Positions 23,515 to 31,713 of a stretch of 32,000 nucleotides of DNA are shown here, piece after piece; the stretch's first letter is position 1, and each line of letters starts with the position of its first letter. The notes beneath the pieces were generated by a model. That model ran no database searches, was not told where the DNA came from, and worked only from the letters and a program-made list of their open reading frames with translations. Position numbers and translations under genes: made by a program. Source of the DNA: Acaryochloris marina MBIC11017 (GTDB lineage: Bacteria > Cyanobacteriota > Cyanobacteriia > Thermosynechococcales > Thermosynechococcaceae); the NCBI RefSeq assembly GCF_000018105.1, contig NC_009932.1:30001-62000 (forward strand), in the 5' to 3' direction.

Positions 23515-23965
23515 TTCACTACTAGTAGAGTGATTTAGACTGAGTAAAACACTGAATAAACCTTTGACTGGATAACTCACTCTGAATGGAGTTTTGTTCA
23601 AACAACAGAACTCTAAATCACTTTGGAAGCGTATATAGATCCCCAACCTGATATCCTTCAGTCCCAAAATCCTGGGAAATTGCCATAAAATAGGTAATTT
23701 CTCTGGGTGAACTGTGGATTTATTACGCTTCTAAGCTGGTCTCAGTGCTACTCGTCGGGGAGACGAGTCTATCAAGACTTATTTCCACTCAAAACCCTTT
23801 TGGAGTTTATTTCTCAGGGCGGTGAAAGACTGTTCCCGCCCATGAGTGAGATTTATTTACCTGCAATTTGATGATGTTTGCGATCTACTGAGTCTAGTCT
23901 CTCTGGGAACTCCCTAGAGACTTTGCTTAATAACCCAATTTTAGGAACGGAAATATATTTCGAGG

Positions 23966-26900
23966 TCAATCGCACCCCAATTTCAACTCAGATCCCCCAG
24001 AAAATCCATCATCACTCCCCTCCCACTGACCGATTTCCTGATCATTTCCACCACCATACTCATCAATTTCAGTTCGCTTTTCCATTTCTGTAATTAGATC
24101 AGTCTCTTTCTTACAGATTTCACAACTTGGTCTATTTTTCTCCAATCGTTGATTCCACTTCGACTGAAATGCCTTCAACATCTGGTCTTTGTACGCTTCA
24201 TTACCTGAATAGCGAATCACATAGAGACTCACAGATTCCTCACTACCGACCTTCACCAACTCATGGGCCACCCGCTTGATCAGCTTATTAACAATGGCAA
24301 CGGCACTCTGACCCTCACTGATGACATTACGGAAATGTCGATAAATCTGATAGCGATATTCCAACGCTTTTACCTTGATATCTTCAAGTCGCTGATCAGC
24401 CTCATTCATCACCAGAATCTCCATCCGCATCCGGGCCTCGACCTGCTCATATCGGGCCTGGGTAAACGCCTGAGACTGCTGCTCAATTCGCTCCACCAAT
24501 CCCAGCTTCTGGTCCTTCAGCCCCTGTTTCTGCTGCTCTAACTGCTCCAGCTCCCCCTTCAGGGTTGCCTTCCTGGGATGGGCCTTTCTTCCCAAAGCCG
24601 TCAACTTAGCTTGGATGGCCTTCTGCTCCTGAACAATTTCCCTAATCTGCCCAGATAGACCCTTGACCTCTAACCTCAAAGACTGTCGCTGCCGTTGCAC
24701 CTGGCGCCCCTTCTCCAACGCTTTATCGTAGGCTTCATAATCAGCGCTAGTGACATTGTAGGTATCCACTAAATCAAATACCCCCAGGTCACGAAGTAAC
24801 TGTACCTGAATTCGATTATTGGTTAACCGATGAGTCAACACGAACTGGCTATTGAGCTGTTTCATAAAGTTTCTCCGGTCTAATTCCTCAGCAACTTCAG
24901 GGTGATAAGACATCCAATGCAACTTAGTGGCACTCTTGAGCCGTCCTCGATGCTCCACACAGACTTGATGAATAAACTCATCCGTCAATTCAACACCGGG
25001 CAACTCATCCTGTAATAAGACCTTCTTGGCATCCAACGTATCTTTATAGGTGGCAGAAGAACTCCCCATCACTCGGATGGCCTGCTCCACCGTGAACCGC
25101 TCCCCGTCAGCCGTCCCCAGCATCACCGCCGTTTCCACCTCCATCTGCTTCCGCACTTTACTGAAGGACTCGACGATATCGGCATTGCGATCTCTCAGTT
25201 CCTCCATCTCAATGGGATGTCCATGATCTCTCAGCAACAACATCAAGGACTCTCTGAGAGCTAACAGGGATGCAATCGAGCGGGTCTGATATCGAGCAAA
25301 GCTGACGTTATGACAGTTGTTGGGATTCTGCTGATATGCCTTCAGTGCTGCTAACTGCTGAGCCGTTTCCGGGGATTGGTCATGAATGAGCTGCTGTTCT
25401 AGATCAATGGAAGCAGCAACGTCTTGCCCATACTTCGACTGCAACATAATGACCTGTTCCACGGACTTAATCGAAGGAATATCCGGGATATGGGCCTTCC
25501 TCGTCACATAGATTTCACGAGTGACTTTTGCTCTGTATCTCCAGAGCTGCTGATAGACACTCCGAGCATGATTGGAGGAGGCATAACAGAACACTCTGCT
25601 GAAATAGGGAATCAATCGGGGTTCATCAATACTGACCCCACTTTCTGCGGTGGGACTCAAGAACAATGCCGTGGGCTGATAGTCTTTGACAAACTCAGTG
25701 GGATTAGCCTGAAAGAATTTGTTTTCTGGCCGCTCCGATGTCTTCCTGTCATGGCGCAAAATACCCTTGGCAAACTCCGGATTCACATCAGAGATCATCC
25801 GCTCCAACTTCTCAAGGAATTCCTGAGAGGTGGCGACGACAATAAACCGCTCATCGTTAGCCACAGCATTTAGGATTCTCTCTAGAAACTGAGAGGTCTG
25901 CCCTGAGAAAACCTTCGTGGGAAAGTTATCATCGGGCTTAAACTCATTGACGACAATCTTGGTGTTGTACTTCCCACCTGTAATCCCCTTGATATAGTCA
26001 ATGGGGATTTGAGACAGGGAATCTTCCAAGAGAATGATATTGCCTCGGGTTTCTAAGACTCGGTTTGCGATCGCATGAAAATGCTCCAAGATTTGATTTT
26101 GCCGATCCCCCAAGGTCTGACCACTGAGAACATGGAATAAAGCAGCATCGGCTTCATCGAGGATGATGCAGCTATCGGGTTCAATATCATCAAGTTCAAT
26201 CTTGAGTAGGCTATCGAAACATAGCAATATAGACCGCTCAGAGCGAAAGCCCATGCTGATATTGCCTTGGTATTCCTTATTGAGTCGGAATAAGTGAATC
26301 AGGTTATAGAGGGTATTGCCGTTGGCATCCTTGGAAGTAAAGCGGTCCTCGGTATTGAATAGCAGGTTGTTCCGATACCCCGGCATAATCACCTGGCCTT
26401 TGACCTGGCCCACCAGTGACTTCAGCATCTCCGTTTTGCCCGTGCCACACATAGAGGCGATGGCGACGACGGACCCCGGATCAATGGTGCCTAGATCCGA
26501 GAGTTCGATGTAGCGTTTGTTGATCACCGCTGTGGCTTGATCCGATAAGCCATTGAGCTTGAGAAAGAGTTGACCCAGTTCATATTCCAGACCTAAGCTA
26601 TTAAAGAACCAAGTGGGCTTGAACCCAATCTGAGCCAATTCCACGGGGGTGAGTTCATCGATATCACAGGCATTTTCCTTGTAGGTTTGCCCCCACCAGG
26701 CTACTTCCACGGCATAGCCCCACTCTTCTAGTAAGCGAATGACTCGCTGATACTGACGAAAGACGTTGAGGTTTCGCACGGCACCCGCATCAGGATAAAG
26801 GGTGATAATCGGGGTCTGTTCAGCACCTTTTGATAAGACGGTCAGGGTTTCCCGCAGTGTTTCAGGGGATGAGGCCCAGAGTCCCCCCGCTGCCCCAATC

Positions 26901-27721
26901 GTGGGGAGCTGCAATCGTTGAGAGAGGAGATAGGGTTTGACCCCCGTGCCTTCCACGAGGGCAATTCGAGAGTAGGGGCCAAATGACTTGTAGACGGCTA
27001 AAGGAATTTCGCCGTTAACATGAGGACCATTGCCGTTGGGATTGCGGCGGGTAGAACTGGACAACCAGATGTAGCGGTTGTCTTCATGAACATTGCGCTT
27101 CCGCAATTGCAAGGCCACGATTTGATCGTGGACATTATAGAGAGGCCAGAGATAGCCCCCCTGTGAATTGAGGATGCCACCGGGAAGGACACCGGGCAGA
27201 TCCGGGGAGAGGTCTTTAACTCGCTGAAATTGACCAACAGAAACAGCCCCAAAGCCGCTGATTTCGTTTGAGGACATGCCTCGTCGGTCCATGTCTCCTC
27301 GATCCATTGAGCAGAGGGATAGATCACAGAGGAGTTGTCGATACAGGTGATCGCGTTGGCCTACGGGCAACTCCTTGGCAATCCGTTGACGCCGTTCTTC
27401 CTTAGCTTGTTGATCACGGATGGCCTTGCGGGCCTGCCAATTAATAGAGTTGTAGTTGTCATCACCTGTGTGAGGTGCCCAGATCCCCCAGTTACTATCT
27501 TTCGAAAGCTTTCTGAACTTATAGCCGTTGATGATACCGACATCATAGGTTTCGGTGAGGCAAAGGATGATATCGCCACCTTTGCTGCATCTTCCATCAT
27601 TAGAGCCGCAGATGGGGCAATGATTTTGTCTTTTGAAAGGAATCAGCTTTGAAGTAAATCGGGTAGGTGTACCAAAGCCTAGATGAGGTGAGTTCAGAGT
27701 GAGTGATGGTGTGGAGGTCAT
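23966..27721 (-). CDS. Plasmid replication protein, CyRepA-like primase-helicase (zinc ribbon, DUF3854/Toprim-like, P-loop helicase, coiled-coil tail)
   Basis: N-terminal CPICGSNDGRCS..ILC; Toprim-like LVEGTGVKP..TIGAAGG..LYPDAG; Walker A ASMCGTGKTE; Walker B IILDEADA. The C-terminal ~300 aa are heptad-rich. A strong AGGAGG lies 6 nt upstream of the ATG at 27721. Confidence 0.85.
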   Translation of the reverse strand: MTSTPSLTLNSPHLGFGTPTRFTSKLIPFKRQNHCPICGSNDGRCSKGGDIILCLTETYDVGIINGYKFRKLSKDSNWGIWAPHTGDDNYNSINWQARKAIRDQQAKEERRQRIAKELPVGQRDHLYRQLLCDLSLCSMDRGDMDRRGMSSNEISGFGAVSVGQFQRVKDLSPDLPGVLPGGILNSQGGYLWPLYNVHDQIVALQLRKRNVHEDNRYIWLSSSTRRNPNGNGPHVNGEIPLAVYKSFGPYSRIALVEGTGVKPYLLSQRLQLPTIGAAGGLWASSPETLRETLTVLSKGAEQTPIITLYPDAGAVRNLNVFRQYQRVIRLLEEWGYAVEVAWWGQTYKENACDIDELTPVELAQIGFKPTWFFNSLGLEYELGQLFLKLNGLSDQATAVINKRYIELSDLGTIDPGSVVAIASMCGTGKTEMLKSLVGQVKGQVIMPGYRNNLLFNTEDRFTSKDANGNTLYNLIHLFRLNKEYQGNISMGFRSERSILLCFDSLLKIELDDIEPDSCIILDEADAALFHVLSGQTLGDRQNQILEHFHAIANRVLETRGNIILLEDSLSQIPIDYIKGITGGKYNTKIVVNEFKPDDNFPTKVFSGQTSQFLERILNAVANDERFIVVATSQEFLEKLERMISDVNPEFAKGILRHDRKTSERPENKFFQANPTEFVKDYQPTALFLSPTAESGVSIDEPRLIPYFSRVFCYASSNHARSVYQQLWRYRAKVTREIYVTRKAHIPDIPSIKSVEQVIMLQSKYGQDVAASIDLEQQLIHDQSPETAQQLAALKAYQQNPNNCHNVSFARYQTRSIASLLALRESLMLLLRDHGHPIEMEELRDRNADIVESFSKVRKQMEVETAVMLGTADGERFTVEQAIRVMGSSSATYKDTLDAKKVLLQDELPGVELTDEFIHQVCVEHRGRLKSATKLHWMSYHPEVAEELDRRNFMKQLNSQFVLTHRLTNNRIQVQLLRDLGVFDLVDTYNVTSADYEAYDKALEKGRQVQRQRQSLRLEVKGLSGQIREIVQEQKAIQAKLTALGRKAHPRKATLKGELEQLEQQKQGLKDQKLGLVERIEQQSQAFTQARYEQVEARMRMEILVMNEADQRLEDIKVKALEYRYQIYRHFRNVISEGQSAVAIVNKLIKRVAHELVKVGSEESVSLYVIRYSGNEAYKDQMLKAFQSKWNQRLEKNRPSCEICKKETDLITEMEKRTEIDEYGGGNDQEIGQWEGSDDGFSGGSELKLGCD

Positions 27722-27875
27722 TGATGGCCTCCTTGATGATGCATGGGTATATGAGTCGATTCCCGAACCATTAGCGGCTCGGTGAATAAAAATATAGAAA
27801 GCATGGAAAATCCCTCTATCGTTTATCAGTAGCGAGATAGAGAGGTGTGGTAGGTAAAGTTCAATTACAAAATTC

Positions 27876-27904
27876 TTGCAGCAAAAAGTCGGCTGCTCTA
27901 GAAT
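27876..27904 (+). promoter_or_regulatory. Candidate sigma-70-type promoter on the + strand in the sigma/rep intergenic region
   Basis: TTGCAG (27876-27881), a 17-nt spacer, then TAGAAT (27899-27904). Confidence 0.4.
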
Positions 27905-27910
27905 TAGAAC

Positions 27911-28031
27911 ACACCCCGTGGGTCACTAACGCCTGTCTTCCAAAACTGTTGTTAGATCCCGCAATCTCGAAAAAATATTTGGTTTTTTCCTGGAGCCCTG
28001 GCTATTTCAGTAGCCGGGATTCCTTTTTTTT
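27911..28031 (+). ncRNA. Candidate ~120-nt small RNA delimited by the promoter above and an intrinsic terminator; antisense to any rep leader that starts further right
   Basis: Promoter-to-terminator geometry only. No convincing ORF or RBS lies inside. The overlapping + strand ORF 27847..28116 has no support. Confidence 0.35.
27997..28031 (+). terminator. Intrinsic terminator (+ strand)
   Basis: CCTGGCTA (27997-28004), loop TTTCAG, TAGCCGGG (28011-28018): 8 bp including one G-U pair. After ATTCC there is a run of 8 T (28024-28031). Confidence 0.55.
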
Positions 28032-28247
28032 AGGCCATCGTCACCTCCTGGGGAAAAATACAAAGATTCTTAGTGAACCATACTACGCTTCAGCCCTCAA
28101 TACGCAAAGGCTTTAAAACAAAAGATCATCAAGGGTTTCAGAATCTTGAGCAGCATGATTTTATGAGGGAAACATGGGTCAGTTCCTCGAATGAGAATGA
28201 AGAAATTTGTTGCTTGATCAGAGAAAATCTAAATTGGTATCTGGGAA

Positions 28248-29519
28248 TTAATTTGGTGGCCGAGGGTGTTCTTTCCTATATCCACCCTCAATGACTTTAG
28301 ATACACCTGAAGTAATGGACGACATTATTGACCTCCTTTCGCTCGGTCTATCATTGTCCTGTAATCCTCTAATAGACTGAGATACAAGTGCTAATGGCAG
28401 CAAGATTATATTGAGAATTACTGGGCTGAATCCCAGATGTCCTCGCCAATCGTCTTGAGTTCTCTCCAGTTGATGGCATCGCTGATTCTCTGAGGTAAGT
28501 CGATGCCCCGCGACATTAGCAGCCCCGCGACTGCTACGCCGACGACAAACCAGAATGTGTTTCTGAGCATTGGTCAGTTCTCCAGGTTCATGAATATGAC
28601 TCTCCTTATTGGTTTGTTTGAAAATCTTTTGAATAGCTCTGCCGATTTTCCCGCCCAGCCGTGAGGCGTCAACCCTTTTTACAGTAGGCTTCTCGATTCC
28701 TTCGGGATGAATTAGCTGGGTCTTGTCAGGTTGTGGGAATCGAACTAGGCAAGATCCATAAGTGATAAGGTGCTTGAGATATTCAAGAGCCTTTTGATAA
28801 AGCTGCCTAATTCTTTCGCCAGAAAGCTTGAGCATTGTCCCAATCTCGCGATAGCTATGACCGTCTCTCCTTGCACGGACAATAAAACTTTCGCGATCAG
28901 GGAGCTGAGCAATGTAGTCTTTCATGTTGATACTCTCGGCAAAATCCCAAGAATCTAGCTGTTCAAAATCTTCAACAAAATCAAGACATTCAATCCCTTG
29001 CTCTGTCCCAGTCAAGACATTGAGGCTAGAGGTATCAACTACTCGTGCTTTATTCCAGGCGTTAGTAATTACTCGATGTGAATATCCTGTACGTTCAGCC
29101 AGTTCATCTAGAGTGGGTTTTCGTTCTAACTCCAGCTCTAAGTCTTGTTCAGCTTCATCAATTTTTTTTAGGTGTTTCGTAATTTCTCTACTGAGTCCTC
29201 TTTGTTCACAAATCAACTGCCTGATTTCAGTTCTGATAGGCTTAACAGCGTAGGTACTGAATTGAAAGCCCCTCGATAGATCAAATTTTTGAATAGCAAT
29301 GGATAGTCCTAGGGTTCCAGCATTCACTAAATCGTCCCAGTCAACTAATCCGCGATATCGTTTAGCTTCCTTGAAGACTAGCCGCTGATTCTTTCGTATA
29401 AAACGGTCTTCAGCCCTTCTGTCACCAGCCTGAGCGCGTTCAATCTGTGGGTACTGGACTTTGCGGCTAAACGGTCCGGTCTCCAGGGATTGCGAATTGA
29501 AAACATTGGTGTATACCAT
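28248..29519 (-). CDS. Sigma-70 family RNA polymerase sigma factor (group-3-like, regions 2-4) with a ~170-aa C-terminal extension containing one hydrophobic helix
   Basis: Region 2 is NQRLVFKEAKRYRGLVDWDDLVNAGTLGLSIAIQKFDLSRGFQFSTYAVKPIRTEIRQ. Region 4.2 is SYREIGTMLKLSGERIRQLYQKALEYLK. The frame then stays open for about 170 more codons, including FSPVILNIILLPLALVSQSI. Confidence 0.85.
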   Translation of the reverse strand: MVYTNVFNSQSLETGPFSRKVQYPQIERAQAGDRRAEDRFIRKNQRLVFKEAKRYRGLVDWDDLVNAGTLGLSIAIQKFDLSRGFQFSTYAVKPIRTEIRQLICEQRGLSREITKHLKKIDEAEQDLELELERKPTLDELAERTGYSHRVITNAWNKARVVDTSSLNVLTGTEQGIECLDFVEDFEQLDSWDFAESINMKDYIAQLPDRESFIVRARRDGHSYREIGTMLKLSGERIRQLYQKALEYLKHLITYGSCLVRFPQPDKTQLIHPEGIEKPTVKRVDASRLGGKIGRAIQKIFKQTNKESHIHEPGELTNAQKHILVCRRRSSRGAANVAGHRLTSENQRCHQLERTQDDWRGHLGFSPVILNIILLPLALVSQSIRGLQDNDRPSERRSIMSSITSGVSKVIEGGYRKEHPRPPN

Positions 29520-29545
29520 TGTTTAAACCTTCAGATCCGTAATCT

Positions 29546-29593
29546 GTGTCTAAGGTTTTCGGACCCTCTGGTTGTTTGATCGCGGTTAGAGGG
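29546..29593. repeat. Direct repeat copy 1 (48 nt) containing an 8-bp stem hairpin, in the sigma gene upstream region
   Basis: GTGTCTAAGGTTTTCGGACCCTCTGGTTGTTTGATCGCGGTTAGAGGG. GACCCTCT pairs with AGAGGGTC, followed by TTTGGTTTTTT on the + strand. Confidence 0.8.
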
Positions 29594-29640
29594 TCTTTGG
29601 TTTTTTCATCAAAGGCTAACGGTGCAGTTAGCCTCAATCG

Positions 29641-29687
29641 GTGTTTAAGGTTTCGGACCCTCTGGTTGTTTGATCGCGGTTAGAGGG
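29641..29687. repeat. Direct repeat copy 2 (47 nt), 95 nt from copy 1
   Basis: GTGTTTAAGGTTTCGGACCCTCTGGTTGTTTGATCGCGGTTAGAGGG differs from copy 1 by one substitution and one T. The 14-nt core TTGATCGCGGTTAG recurs a third time at 30028-30041. Confidence 0.8.
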
Positions 29688-30359
29688 CAATAGCAATCTT
29701 GTGTCGTCGGCAATCTAGGTAGCGAAGATCGAAATACCCTATTACCTAAAACGGTTTTGTAGTGGAGAAATCGTTGATACTTCATGTCACCCCCCGATAA
29801 CCATTTGTTTTAAGTGCCTGTTCTGTTTGTTTACAGCCCAGAGACGAGATTGAGAATTGTGTAGCTAGATAGAAATCATTCTCATTAAATATAGTACATA
29901 TGTACCAAAATTATCAATCATTCACCTCCTAGTAAATAGAGTTTTTGATGAAATTGATAAGTTCGAGCTAGCTAGAGGTAAGGCATCCAGTAAGAGGTGA
30001 ATTTCATTAAATTTACTGAAGCAATTATTGATCGCGGTTAGGGAATTCAAAGTCTGTTCAATGCCTGCTTGTGCTCACATGTTTGTGGTGTGATGAGTAT
30101 CTCTGTGATGTAGGCAGGGTGGCAGGATTTGTAAGTTTAATGCGGTGCTGCCTACCATAAATATGTGACCTCTTTCTAGGTTTAAGGCTCTCTAATCTTG
30201 TTTCAAGGTGGACTAGGGGGCTGATTTGTTGTGTGAGTAGAGCTTTAGAGTTTCCTTTCGTTATACGCGAATGGTATCTGATTTAATACCAAGTTTAACT
30301 TGTTTATATAGATTTTAGATCAATTCTATATAATTTAAAGCAATTAAAAACACTCTTTT

Positions 30360-30390
30360 CAATCTAACATCATTTAATTTGATTAGATTG
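30360..30390. promoter_or_regulatory. 8-bp perfect inverted repeat about 40 nt upstream of the XRE gene (candidate operator)
   Basis: CAATCTAA (30360-30367) and TTAGATTG (30383-30390), separated by 15 nt of AT-rich DNA. Confidence 0.35.
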
Positions 30391-30429
30391 CAGTAAAAGT
30401 TGTGTAGTTTATGATTCGATGGGTACATC

Positions 30430-30705
30430 GTGGTTAAGCAATTGATAACCTGGAAACTCAAAGAACACATGGCTGCAAACAAGATTTCCGTACCTCAGTT
30501 GGCAGCCAGATTAGGAATTAGTGAAAACGCTGTAATCAATATGAGAAGGAGCGAGATGCCTCGTATTAATGGGGAACGATTAAATCAAATTATTGTGGCC
30601 TTGAATGCAATGCGTAAGAAAGGTAAGAAACGTATACAGGTTCAAGACTTGATAGTTTTGACTTTCTCGATGGATGAAGCTGATGAAGCAAGGATCCACG
30701 AGTGA
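30430..30705 (+). CDS. XRE/Cro-type helix-turn-helix transcriptional regulator
   Basis: WKLKEHMAANKISVPQLAARLGISENAVINMRRSEMPRINGERLNQIIVALN fits the XRE HTH pattern; 91 aa; GTG start with a weak RBS. Confidence 0.7.
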   Translation: MVKQLITWKLKEHMAANKISVPQLAARLGISENAVINMRRSEMPRINGERLNQIIVALNAMRKKGKKRIQVQDLIVLTFSMDEADEARIHE

Positions 30706-30765
30706 TTTGTTTCCTATAGCCCACTCTCCCTACCCTTCCTGTGTACCTCATCGGTCACACAGAAA

Positions 30766-31629
30766 ATGCTCAAAACCACATTATTGTCACTTGGGCTGTT
30801 AGCGATCACATCCGTGTCAGCCCTCGCCAATCCCGCCACCATTCCCATAGATCAAGCCTTCAAACAAACTCAAAAGCTAGAAGTCTCAGATGTGGATCAT
30901 CTATTAGACTTCACGGATACCCGCTACCGAGTCATCAAAGCCTTTCCCAGTAACCCTCAACAGTTGCGGGCCTTAAGCCTGTCTCGTAACGATCATCAGC
31001 AACTCCTTCTCAAGTGGACCCCAAACGGCACAGCCAAGAAAGCTAGTGTTTTCCTTCGGGTCATGGGGCCAGGGGGAGAACAAACCATTACGCTCCTAGT
31101 GAAGCGGTCTGGCAACGAACCGGACAACATCAGAACAGCCTTCGTCCCCAGCCAAACCGTTTCCAAAGATGCAGTGATCGGGGAAGTATCGCAAGTTTCC
31201 ATCAAACCAACTGTTGCACCTATCCCAACCCAACTCATCCGCCCCAACAGGACCACCCAAAATCCACCCAAAACAGCACAGCCTGTTAAACCGCCCTTAA
31301 CCCTCACTCACCCGAAATCCCCACCCGTCATCAAACTCAGATCTTCTCCCAAGCCCATCCTCCAAATAGCCAAAGTCTCAACCACAGGTCGGCCCCTCAT
31401 CGACCGCTCCACATTGGACAACAAAGCCTTAGCCAACTACCTGATCAGAGGACTACACACCCCGAAGGGTCGGAAACAAGCCAACCGCCATCACGACCAC
31501 TACTGGTTTGCTCAGTCGATGGCTCGATATCTCAAACGTGGCGTATCCATTGATAAAGCCTTGCGCTGGTCTCGACTACCAGAGAAAACCTTTAATGACC
31601 TCCTCGGCCACGGTGGCGTTAGTCGCTGA
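30766..31629 (+). CDS. Hypothetical secreted protein (signal peptide, Pro-rich linker, basic C-terminal domain)
   Basis: Signal peptide MLKTTLLSLGLLAITSVSALANP; central PTVAPIPTQLIRPNRTTQNPPKTAQPVKPPLTLTHPKSPP. No family recognised. Confidence 0.65.
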   Translation: MLKTTLLSLGLLAITSVSALANPATIPIDQAFKQTQKLEVSDVDHLLDFTDTRYRVIKAFPSNPQQLRALSLSRNDHQQLLLKWTPNGTAKKASVFLRVMGPGGEQTITLLVKRSGNEPDNIRTAFVPSQTVSKDAVIGEVSQVSIKPTVAPIPTQLIRPNRTTQNPPKTAQPVKPPLTLTHPKSPPVIKLRSSPKPILQIAKVSTTGRPLIDRSTLDNKALANYLIRGLHTPKGRKQANRHHDHYWFAQSMARYLKRGVSIDKALRWSRLPEKTFNDLLGHGGVSR

Positions 31630-31713
31630 AAAGCCCACCGTTAAAGCAAACTTGCACCTTTAAAGCCATCTTACCTATGTTTCAACCATCCCCCTTTCGG
31701 AGATTGAATCCTC

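Noticed and set aside
23750-23768. Perfect 7-bp hairpin ACTCGTC-GGGGA-GACGAGT downstream of rep and the EEP nuclease gene
   Set aside because: There is no U-tract on either strand, and it lies about 200 nt from either stop codon. That is insufficient to call a terminator or RNA element.
24263-27652. Nested ORFs on both strands inside the 1251-aa rep gene (24263..24541, 25424..25873, 26316..26513, 26998..27327, 27335..27652, 27361..27600)
   Set aside because: All are contained in a continuous 3.7-kb ORF with zinc-ribbon, Toprim-like and Walker A/B motifs and a strong RBS. None has a motif or RBS of its own.
27847-28294. Two small plus-strand ORFs (89 and 73 aa) in the sigma/rep spacer
   Set aside because: They have no RBS. 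The first runs straight through a hairpin plus T8 intrinsic terminator. The region is better explained as noncoding (promoter, terminator, leader).
30741-30953. 70-aa ORF overlapping the start of the 287-aa secreted protein gene in another frame
   Set aside because: The overlapping frame 30766..31629 has a canonical signal peptide and runs for 287 aa. The 70-aa ORF is His/Ser/Arg-rich with no features.
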